64,000 nt of DNA from an uncultured archaeon (lineage in GTDB: Archaea; Altiarchaeota; Altiarchaeia; JAFGQM01): assembly GCA_964540655.1 (NCBI GenBank), contig CAZINR010000001.1:5067-69066 (forward strand). The letters are read 5' to 3'. Below the pieces are notes generated by a model. That model was not told where the DNA came from. It worked only from the letters and a program-made list of their open reading frames with translations, and ran no database searches. The first letter of the stretch is position 1. Each line of letters starts with the position of its first letter. Both the position numbers and the translations under genes were made by a program. Positions 10,065 through 17,318 of the stretch are shown here, piece after piece.

Positions 10065-10342
10065 ACTATGGTAGACTTCTCTATGAGCATTATGCCCATT
10101 ATGACTGCTATCGCGAGTATCAGCATCACACTTGCGTTGATAACTGTGGTGGGCCATCCGACCACCGTCCCATAAATCAGTATGGACATTATGGCCCCTA
10201 TAAGTACAAGAACATAGACCAGTTCTAGGACCTTCTTGTGGGCGTGGGGAAGCTCGAAGTGCAACGGGTCGGGGAGCTTGCTGAATGACTCTTTCACCGC
10301 GTCGTTGAGGGTCCCCTTCTCCCTTCTAGACTTTAGAACCAT
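10037..10342 (-). CDS. Small membrane protein, hypothetical
   Basis: Two hydrophobic helices (VLVLIGAIMSILIYGTVVGWPTTVINASVMLILAIAVIMGIML); overlaps both neighbouring gene ends slightly. Confidence 0.3.
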   Translation of the reverse strand: MVLKSRREKGTLNDAVKESFSKLPDPLHFELPHAHKKVLELVYVLVLIGAIMSILIYGTVVGWPTTVINASVMLILAIAVIMGIMLIEKSTIVHKPGKSSS

Positions 10343-11204
10343 CCTTCTCACGAATCTTCTTGAACTCTGCCATCAGCTTTTTTGTCAAATTGCCCGGCTT
10401 GCCGTCAGCTATCTTGCGCGCATCGCACTGCACGACAGGTATGACCTCTGCCGCCGTCCCGGTCATGAAGGCCTCATCGGCCGTGTAGACGTCGAAGAGT
10501 GTGAGGTTCTTTTCCTTGACTTTGACACCCATCTTCCCCGCCAACTCCATTATGGCGCCTCTGGTTATGCCTATGAGCACCCCGGCACCCGTGGGCGGCG
10601 TCCAGAGCTCTCCGTCCTTGACTATGAAGAAGTTGTCGCCCGTCCCCTCGGCGACATGGCCCAGGCTGTTGAGCATGAGGGCCTCGTCGCATTTGGCGAG
10701 ATTGGCCTGTATCTTGCCCATTATGTTGTTCAGGTAATTCAGAGTCTTTGCCTTTATGTCCAGCGCGTCGCAGGCGGTTCTTCTGGTTCCGACGGTAACG
10801 ACGCATATGCCCTTGTCATACAAATCGCCGTAGAGCGGGGCGAAATGCTGCGCTATGCATATTATCGTAGGCTTCGGGCACTTCCTCGGGTCGAGGCCCA
10901 AATCCCCGACGCCCCTTGTGACTATGAGCCGGACATAGGCGTCCTTCAGATTGTTCTTCCTTATGCTGCTTAGAACGATATCCGCCATCTCCTTCTTGGA
11001 GAGAGGGACCTCTAGATTTATAGCCTTGGCACTGTCATAGAGCCGGTCTATGTGCTGCTTCAGGCGGAAGACGTTGCCGTTGTAGCACCTTATGCCCTCA
11101 AAGACGCCGTCGCCGTAGAGCAGGCCGTGGTCGTAGACCGATATCTTCGCTTCCCCTTTGGGATAGAACTTCCCGTCGATGTAAATGACCTGTTCGGAAC
11201 TCAT
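10326..11204 (-). CDS. ilvE: Branched-chain amino acid aminotransferase
   Basis: 292 aa; fold-type IV aminotransferase signatures (GDGVFEGIRCY..., EAFMTGTAAEVIPV). Confidence 0.85.
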   Translation of the reverse strand: MSSEQVIYIDGKFYPKGEAKISVYDHGLLYGDGVFEGIRCYNGNVFRLKQHIDRLYDSAKAINLEVPLSKKEMADIVLSSIRKNNLKDAYVRLIVTRGVGDLGLDPRKCPKPTIICIAQHFAPLYGDLYDKGICVVTVGTRRTACDALDIKAKTLNYLNNIMGKIQANLAKCDEALMLNSLGHVAEGTGDNFFIVKDGELWTPPTGAGVLIGITRGAIMELAGKMGVKVKEKNLTLFDVYTADEAFMTGTAAEVIPVVQCDARKIADGKPGNLTKKLMAEFKKIREKDGSKV

Positions 11205-11240
11205 TCCGCTATATTTTGGGCTGGGGGTAGAAAAATGGGA

Positions 11241-12698
11241 TTATCCCTTCACTGATATCATCGGCTTGACCACAGCGACCTTCTTCGCTATGCCGGCATT
11301 GTGCATGACGTCCACGACGCGGTCAACGTCCTTGTAGGCCCCGGGCGCCTCCTCGGCGACTCCCGCCAAGCTGTGACCCCTGATGATGATGCCCTTCTTG
11401 GCCAGCTCTTGGACGAGCTTCTCGCCCCTCCATTTCCCCTTGGCCTGCTTGCGGGACATGGCCCGCCCGGCCCCGTGACACGAGCTGCCCCACGTTTCGG
11501 CCATGCCCTGCTCGGTGCCGCGGAGTATGTAGGAATGAGTGCCCATAGTGCCGCCTATCAGAACGGGCTGCCCCACTTTGCGGTAGGCCTTCGGGACCTC
11601 CTCCCTGCCGGGCCCGAATGCGCGCGTGCTGCCCTTCCTGAGAATGACAAGCTCTTTGGTTTCCCCATCGATTTCGTGCTCTTCCAGCTTTGCGGTGTTG
11701 TGTCCGATGTCGTAGAGCATCCGGACGTCCTGCTCGTCCGTGCCCATGGCCTTTTTCACCGCCTTTCTGGTCAGATGCGCTATCGCCTGCCGGTTGGCGA
11801 AGGCCATGTTTATTCCGCAGTTGACCGCGGAGAAATACTTCTGGCCCTCATCACTGCTGAAGGGCGCAGAGACCAGCTCCTTTTCGCGGATGGGGATATT
11901 GTACTTCTTGCTGGCCTTCTCCAGGACCTTGAGGTAATCCGAACCTATCTGGTGCCCAAGCGCCCGTGAGCCGCAGTGGATGGAAATCAGCACCTGCCCT
12001 TCTTCCAGGCCGTAGGCTCCGGCCGCCTTCTCATCGAATATCCTGTCCACATATTGGACCTCCAGATAGTGATTGCCGCTGCCGAGCGTGCCCACCTGCT
12101 TGAATTGGCGCTGCTTAGCCTGTCGGCTGACGTTATCAGGCTTGGCCCCCTTGACCTTGCCGCACTCTTCCGTGTATTCTAAATCCTCTTTGAAACCATA
12201 ACCCTGGTCGACGACGTACTCCGCGCCCCTGACAAGAACCTCGTCTATCTGGTCTACTGATAGCCTGATGTCTCCGGTGGAACCAAGACCTGCTGGTACT
12301 GTGTCGAACAAGGAATCGGCGAGTTCTTTCTTCCTTTTCTCAACCTCTTCGCGCGTTAAACCAGTCTTGAGTGTCCTGACGCCGCAGTTGCAGTCGAAAC
12401 CGACTCCGGCAACACTAATAACACCAGTCTCGGTGTCGAACGCCCCGACCCCCCCTATCGGGAACCCGTAGCCTGGATGGACGTCGCTCATCGCCAGGCT
12501 GGCCTTCTGTATGCCGGGGAGGCACGCCACGTTGACTATCTGCTTTAGGGCGTTCCAGTCCTTGCCCGCGCGCACGTCGGCCACGAGGTGGTCGATGATG
12601 GCCGTGTCACCGTATATCCTGCCCGGCACCAGCATCTCGCCCTTCTTCGGCACCTCCCAGCGGTAGTCGTCTATCTGTTTGACCTCTATCTCATCCAT
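11241..12698 (-). CDS. rtcB: RNA-splicing ligase RtcB
   Basis: 485 aa; conserved RtcB motifs (DVHPGYGFPIGG, GFDCNCG, HNTAKLEEH, GSSCHGAGR). Confidence 0.9.
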   Translation of the reverse strand: MDEIEVKQIDDYRWEVPKKGEMLVPGRIYGDTAIIDHLVADVRAGKDWNALKQIVNVACLPGIQKASLAMSDVHPGYGFPIGGVGAFDTETGVISVAGVGFDCNCGVRTLKTGLTREEVEKRKKELADSLFDTVPAGLGSTGDIRLSVDQIDEVLVRGAEYVVDQGYGFKEDLEYTEECGKVKGAKPDNVSRQAKQRQFKQVGTLGSGNHYLEVQYVDRIFDEKAAGAYGLEEGQVLISIHCGSRALGHQIGSDYLKVLEKASKKYNIPIREKELVSAPFSSDEGQKYFSAVNCGINMAFANRQAIAHLTRKAVKKAMGTDEQDVRMLYDIGHNTAKLEEHEIDGETKELVILRKGSTRAFGPGREEVPKAYRKVGQPVLIGGTMGTHSYILRGTEQGMAETWGSSCHGAGRAMSRKQAKGKWRGEKLVQELAKKGIIIRGHSLAGVAEEAPGAYKDVDRVVDVMHNAGIAKKVAVVKPMISVKG

Positions 12699-12707
12699 GA
12701 TGTTGAA

Positions 12708-13130
12708 TCAAATGTCCAGCACGCACTGTACGTGGTGCTTGCCGCTGTCCGTCCAGCACTTCAAGCCCGAATAAGTGGCTGCTTTGACTTCCGTTTTCAC
12801 GTTATGCCCTTCCGGATTCAGCCTCTCCCCCCATGCTTCGGCCTTAAGCTTGCACTCCTTCTTCGACGCGTCTATATGTACCCTGAACCTCGAGAAAACC
12901 ATGCCCTCTGTGTCCACCTTCGCCAGAAGGGCGTTCAAGAACTCGACGAAAAGCGAGTCGACACTATCGGCAGAGACGCTTACTTCTATTTTCTTAGCTG
13001 GCTTCACCCTCGCTATGTCTACCATCTGGTTGAACATGGCCTTGGCGCCTTCCTCGAAGGCTTGCCCTAGGGTGTCCGCATTGGCCAGTATCCCCACATC
13101 TGCCTCATGCTCTAGATATTCAAAAGCCAT
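12708..13130 (-). CDS. Archease (RtcB activator)
   Basis: 140 aa; MAFEYLEHEADVGI N-terminus and overall archease architecture; immediately upstream of rtcB. Confidence 0.85.
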   Translation of the reverse strand: MAFEYLEHEADVGILANADTLGQAFEEGAKAMFNQMVDIARVKPAKKIEVSVSADSVDSLFVEFLNALLAKVDTEGMVFSRFRVHIDASKKECKLKAEAWGERLNPEGHNVKTEVKAATYSGLKCWTDSGKHHVQCVLDI

Positions 13131-13139
13131 TAGATTGAA

Positions 13140-14600
13140 TCACACGTAACCGGTCGCCTTTTTTTCCTCTGAGACCAAATGCCCGCTCACGTGGTCCTTG
13201 GACTTGCCTTTCCAGACGCTGCCGTACTTGTCGACAAGCTGCTGCTCCACGCTGCGCGCGTTCTTTACCGCCTCCTTGATGTGCCTGGCCTCGATGAGGC
13301 TCGCCTCCTCCATCTTGGCCACATCCCCGGCCAGCCGTATGACGCCACCCAGGTCGCGGAGTCTCAATGTCAGGGCGTTCTTCGTGTCGTCAATCTCCTC
13401 GGCCCTCCGCTCACCCTCCTTTATCAGCTCTTTCACGGCCCCGCGCGTGCCGTGGGCTATCTTGGTGTCTATCAGGACCTCCTGGGCGAAGAACTGTGCA
13501 ATCCTCTCCACGTTCTCCTTGGTCTTCGGCATGGTGGTGTCCAGCAGCACCTCGTATCCTGCGCCGAGTATCCTGGACCTGAGCGGTGGCAGTATCCCAC
13601 CCAATTCGTTGATGTTGCAGGCGCCCATGAATATGAAGTCGCATGGCACTCGAGTCACCTTCACCGCGGCTCCCGAGGACGTAGGGTTCATGCCGCTTAT
13701 GGGGAAGTGCTTGTCCTGCATTGCCGTGAGTATGTGGTGCTGGAGGTTCTCCAGCTGCGGCAGCTCGTCTATGAACAGCACCCCCTCATGCGCCTCGTGT
13801 ATGGCCCCCGCGACTACCCTCTCATAGGGCAGAAGCCCCCCGGCCTCCGGCATGCCCCCCCAGGGGTCATGTCTTACATCCCCGAGCAGCTCCGTTTCCG
13901 AGGCCCCGGTCGCCTGCACGAAACTGTTCCTTTTGAGCGGGACCAGAACCTTGCTCTGCTTTATCTTGTCCAGCTTGTTGAGGACCTTGAAGGCGTCGTT
14001 GTCTATTATGCGGACCTTCTTGGAGTCCACGGCCTGGTATATTATTATCTCTTCCTTCCCGCTCTTGTCGGTGCGCGTGACATGCACCTCCTCTTCGGGA
14101 TATTCGCACATCTCCACATTGAACACCTGAGAGAGCAAATCGGAGAACGGAGACCGGCTGACGCTGTCTCCCACCTTGACCTCTTTGCATGAAGGGCAGA
14201 TGTCTTCTTCCGCAGAGCTCATCTTCCCGCAGTGAGTGCACCTGAAGCCCAGCCGCTCCGAGACGTCTTCAGGCACTTTCTCAGGTCCTACGACCTTCCC
14301 TTTCGCCTTCTTCTCCATGCTCTTCTGCTTCTTCAGATCGTCGGAATCCCTCACGAAGATGAACGGCCTCTCAGCGTTCTTGGGGTTATGCGCCACAACA
14401 ATCTCCTGCCTGGGTTTCGGGAGATGGTAGGCCAGAGCGCGGGCGATCATGCTCTTCCCTATGCCTGGCGGACCTACAAGAAGGAGATGCCTTTTCTGCT
14501 TTGCCGCGATTCGAGCTATCCCGACCGCCTTGTCCTGGCCGATGACCATGTCCAGGGGGTCCCTGGGAAGCTCTACCTGCGAAGTGTCCTCAAAGTCCAT
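13140..14600 (-). CDS. LonB-like AAA+ ATPase lacking a protease domain, with an inserted zinc ribbon
   Basis: Walker A LLLVGPPGIGKSM, Walker B GVLFIDELPQL, LonB-like sensor segment FIFMGACNINELGGILPPLRSRILGAGYEVLLD and lid LTLRLRDLGGVIRLAGDVA. A CTHCGK...CPSCK Zn-ribbon lies between Walker A and B. No S-K protease domain. Confidence 0.7.
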   Translation of the reverse strand: MDFEDTSQVELPRDPLDMVIGQDKAVGIARIAAKQKRHLLLVGPPGIGKSMIARALAYHLPKPRQEIVVAHNPKNAERPFIFVRDSDDLKKQKSMEKKAKGKVVGPEKVPEDVSERLGFRCTHCGKMSSAEEDICPSCKEVKVGDSVSRSPFSDLLSQVFNVEMCEYPEEEVHVTRTDKSGKEEIIIYQAVDSKKVRIIDNDAFKVLNKLDKIKQSKVLVPLKRNSFVQATGASETELLGDVRHDPWGGMPEAGGLLPYERVVAGAIHEAHEGVLFIDELPQLENLQHHILTAMQDKHFPISGMNPTSSGAAVKVTRVPCDFIFMGACNINELGGILPPLRSRILGAGYEVLLDTTMPKTKENVERIAQFFAQEVLIDTKIAHGTRGAVKELIKEGERRAEEIDDTKNALTLRLRDLGGVIRLAGDVAKMEEASLIEARHIKEAVKNARSVEQQLVDKYGSVWKGKSKDHVSGHLVSEEKKATGYV

Positions 14601-14652
14601 CTGAAAACCCCACAGGTAATTATCCTGTGGTCTAAGGAAAACCTTTAGGCCT

Positions 14653-15969
14653 TCAGAACTTCGTGACTATTATCTTGTCCTTCGGAGCTTTGAGATTACC
14701 GGCAGTCGTTATGCCCACCAGATATTTGCAGCCCTTGGCCAGCTCAAGTATCTCGTTGGTTATTATGTCATCGATTACCAGCGCATTGGCCTTCTTCAGG
14801 TCCTTTTCCTTCTTGAGGGCGTCCAGGCTGACCTTCTTGATGTCCTTGAACTTGTCGTCAAGCAGAAGCGCCTCGTTCTTTATGTCGCTCAGCTTCTCGA
14901 GCAGCATGCCGGATTCCGAAGGCTTTTTGGCTTCCTCCGCGCTCCCGGAAGCTGAGCTGCCCCGCGAGGGCCTGCTTCTCGAAGGCCGGTCCTTCTCGGA
15001 TGAGCGGCTGCTCCTCTTCCTCGAGCTGTCCCGGCTGCTCCTCTTCCTCGAGCTGCTCTTGGACCTGGACGAGCTCTTCCTGTCGGAGCGCTCCTTGCGC
15101 GAGTCCCGGTCTGAAGAGGGCGGCTTACTCGAACCGCCGCCTTCCATCTCCTTGAAGACCTCATCGGCCGGCTTCTTCCTTCGCAGGGCCATTATCACAT
15201 CCTTCCTGCTAAGGCCCTCGACTTCACGCCCGGGCGGCGCCTTGGCGATGCTCTCGATTTTAATCCCGGCATTCCTCAGGGATTTGAGTATCAACTCTCC
15301 GCCGCGGTCTCCGTCAACGAATGCCGTGACCGACTTGCCCCTTGCCACATCCGTTATCTCGTTCGGTATCTTTATTCCGCCCACGGCCACCCCGTTCTTT
15401 ATTCCGTTCCTCAGGAGGTTCAGAACGTCGGCTCTGCCCTCCACGATTATTATGTTGTCGCTGCTCTCCACAGCAGGACCGGCGTCCAAGCCCTTCACTG
15501 TGGTTATGTGGCCTCCGCGTATATCCTCCCTCAGCTCCTCGCTTATCTCCTTGGCGTCCGGGAGTTCGGTCGACATGAAGGTCTTCAGTATCTCCCTCGC
15601 CCGGTCGACTATGTCCTTCCTTTTTTCCTCTCTGACGTCCTCAACGAGGCTTATCTTGAACGTGGCATCGCAAGGGCCTATCCTGCTTATGGTCTCCACA
15701 GCGGCTGCGATTATGGATGTCGCAACCATGTCAAGGCTGGAAGGTATGGTCACTTTGACCTGGGTTTTGCCCCCTTTGCCCTTCAGGGTGGCATCTATCC
15801 TGCCTATCCTGCCGGACTTCTGCAATTCTCTCAAATCCAAATCTTCCCCTAAAAGCCCCTCGGTCTGTCCGAATATAGCCCCGATAAGGTCGGGCTTCTC
15901 GACAAGTCCGTTGGCTTCCGCTTCAGCGTGTATTACGTATTTTATTATATCCACAGGTGCTTTGCTCAT
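14653..15969 (-). CDS. dnaG: Archaeal DnaG primase (Toprim), with Ser/Arg-rich low-complexity insertion
   Basis: N-terminus MSKAPVDIIKYVIHAEAEANGLVEKPDLIGAIFGQTEGLLGEDLDLRELQKSGRIGRID is the archaeal DnaG signature; Toprim region IIIVEGRADV. Confidence 0.85.
   Translation of the reverse strand: MSKAPVDIIKYVIHAEAEANGLVEKPDLIGAIFGQTEGLLGEDLDLRELQKSGRIGRIDATLKGKGGKTQVKVTIPSSLDMVATSIIAAAVETISRIGPCDATFKISLVEDVREEKRKDIVDRAREILKTFMSTELPDAKEISEELREDIRGGHITTVKGLDAGPAVESSDNIIIVEGRADVLNLLRNGIKNGVAVGGIKIPNEITDVARGKSVTAFVDGDRGGELILKSLRNAGIKIESIAKAPPGREVEGLSRKDVIMALRRKKPADEVFKEMEGGGSSKPPSSDRDSRKERSDRKSSSRSKSSSRKRSSRDSSRKRSSRSSEKDRPSRSRPSRGSSASGSAEEAKKPSESGMLLEKLSDIKNEALLLDDKFKDIKKVSLDALKKEKDLKKANALVIDDIITNEILELAKGCKYLVGITTAGNLKAPKDKIIVTKF
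15006..15056. repeat. Tandem 27-bp direct repeat (2 copies) inside dnaG encoding an SR-rich stretch
   Basis: cggctgctcctcttcctcgagctg occurs at 15006-15029 and 15033-15056 (plus-strand text); encodes SSRKRSSRDSS/SRKRSSRSS. Confidence 0.5.
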
Positions 15970-15982
15970 TTTGATTTCTCCT

Positions 15983-16294
15983 TTAAAGTGTCTTTTGTTT
16001 TTTCAATGTGTCCGACACTTCTTTCAGGGTTGCGCCGAGAATCAGGATTTGCTTATCCCTGGACTTCGCACCAGTTGACAAGACGACTTCCTTCCCGAAA
16101 AGGGAATTGAAAAAATCTAACAACGAACGATTGGCCCTGCCTTTATCCGCGGGCTCTGACGTCTTGAACCTGATTGATTTTTTCCAGTTATCATATCCAT
16201 CGAGAGCGGTCTTGGAAGCGCCGGGCACGACCCGGAGCCTCATCACCACCCCATCCTCGACTTCCCTTAAAGCATCAAACATCATAAAGCGCAA
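15983..16294 (-). CDS. DUF167 (YggU/UPF0235) family protein
   Basis: 103 aa; characteristic motifs LRVVPGASK...LDGYDNW...GKANRSL; 13 nt upstream of dnaG on the same strand. Confidence 0.55.
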   Translation of the reverse strand: MRFMMFDALREVEDGVVMRLRVVPGASKTALDGYDNWKKSIRFKTSEPADKGRANRSLLDFFNSLFGKEVVLSTGAKSRDKQILILGATLKEVSDTLKKQKTL

Positions 16295-16536
16295 AAAGCG
16301 CCGTTAGCTTGATGCCTCCCGTAAATCCCGATCTCATCGTGCGCGAACGCGCTCTTGACCGAGTTGACCCTCGGGAGGCTGTATCGCACCGTGTTGTGAA
16401 TCCTTCATCTTTATACGCAGCAGAAATCAGGATTACGCCCCAATGCGATGTTTAAATTGCGGTTAGTGCTTTAAAAAGGGATATTTAAGGCAAAATCACT
16501 AAATAAATTTTAAATAACCCTCCCAGTAACATAAAT

Positions 16537-16932
16537 ATGAATAAAATCATCGCTGCGTTTATCATATTCTTAATCATCATAGCTTTGCTTGTTCTACTCA
16601 TCCCGACCCCTTTAAATAACAAAGATGCAGTGGCCTTTACTATGAAAGACGTATCTGGCAATAAGACGATAATGTCCAAACTCCCATTAGATGCTGCATC
16701 GGCAAGGAGTGTAGCAGAAGAGGTCATAACCGTGATGGATCAGCCAGATTATAGGTGGGAATGCTTGCTTTTTGATTCCGCAGAAAAAAGAGTTGATGCA
16801 CGAAACGGGAAGGAATTTTGGTCAGTCGGGTTTAGATGTAACGATGAATGTAACACTAAGTTTATTAATTGTGCGGCAGCAGTAATGATTGAAGAAAAAA
16901 CTCGCGAAGTGTCAGTCGCCTTTCCAGACTGA
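16537..16932 (+). CDS. Signal-anchored secreted protein, hypothetical; AT-rich, probably horizontally acquired
   Basis: 131 aa; N-terminal hydrophobic helix (IIAAFIIFLIIIALLVLLI), six Cys in the C-terminal half; local GC about 40% versus about 58% background. Confidence 0.5.
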   Translation: MNKIIAAFIIFLIIIALLVLLIPTPLNNKDAVAFTMKDVSGNKTIMSKLPLDAASARSVAEEVITVMDQPDYRWECLLFDSAEKRVDARNGKEFWSVGFRCNDECNTKFINCAAAVMIEEKTREVSVAFPD

Positions 16933-16939
16933 TTCTCCT

Positions 16940-17311
16940 TTACTCAATTATCTCGATTTCTTGGGGATTTCCAGTCCCGTCGTAGGCCGCCACGTCCTCT
17001 GCTCCCCGGTACGGGTACCCCAGAATCAGGTTGACGTTGCCGACCCTCGAGAACATCCGCAGGTCCGCGCGGCTGGGGCGGTTGCTGCCAGAAGGGTGGG
17101 AGTGGACCACGCCCACGGTCTTCGAGTCTATCGGCAGCATGTTCATGCGGAAGCTGGCGAATTTCCTGCCTTGGATGGTGCCGGGCAGCAATAGGACCTC
17201 CTTGATTCTGTTTCCCTCGCCCCTTATCATCGCCCCGAACTCGCTGGGGTATGCGGTGCGCGCGGCATGGAGCACGAGCTCCAGGACCCCGCGGGGTATC
17301 TGTATGGCCAT
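16940..17311 (-). CDS. JAMM/MPN+ family metalloprotease
   Basis: Exact JAMM motif E...HSHPSGSNRPSRAD (H-x-H-x7-S-x2-D) in a 123-aa protein. Confidence 0.8.
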   Translation of the reverse strand: MAIQIPRGVLELVLHAARTAYPSEFGAMIRGEGNRIKEVLLLPGTIQGRKFASFRMNMLPIDSKTVGVVHSHPSGSNRPSRADLRMFSRVGNVNLILGYPYRGAEDVAAYDGTGNPQEIEIIE

Positions 17312-17318
17312 GATGCGC

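Noticed and set aside
13179-14192. 337-aa plus-strand ORF antisense to the LonB-like gene
   Set aside because: The opposite strand carries unmistakable Walker A/B and Lon sensor motifs; this frame is Leu/Arg/Gly-rich filler.
14663-16078. 471-aa plus-strand ORF antisense to dnaG
   Set aside because: Ser/Leu/Phe-rich low-complexity, antisense to the conserved archaeal DnaG.
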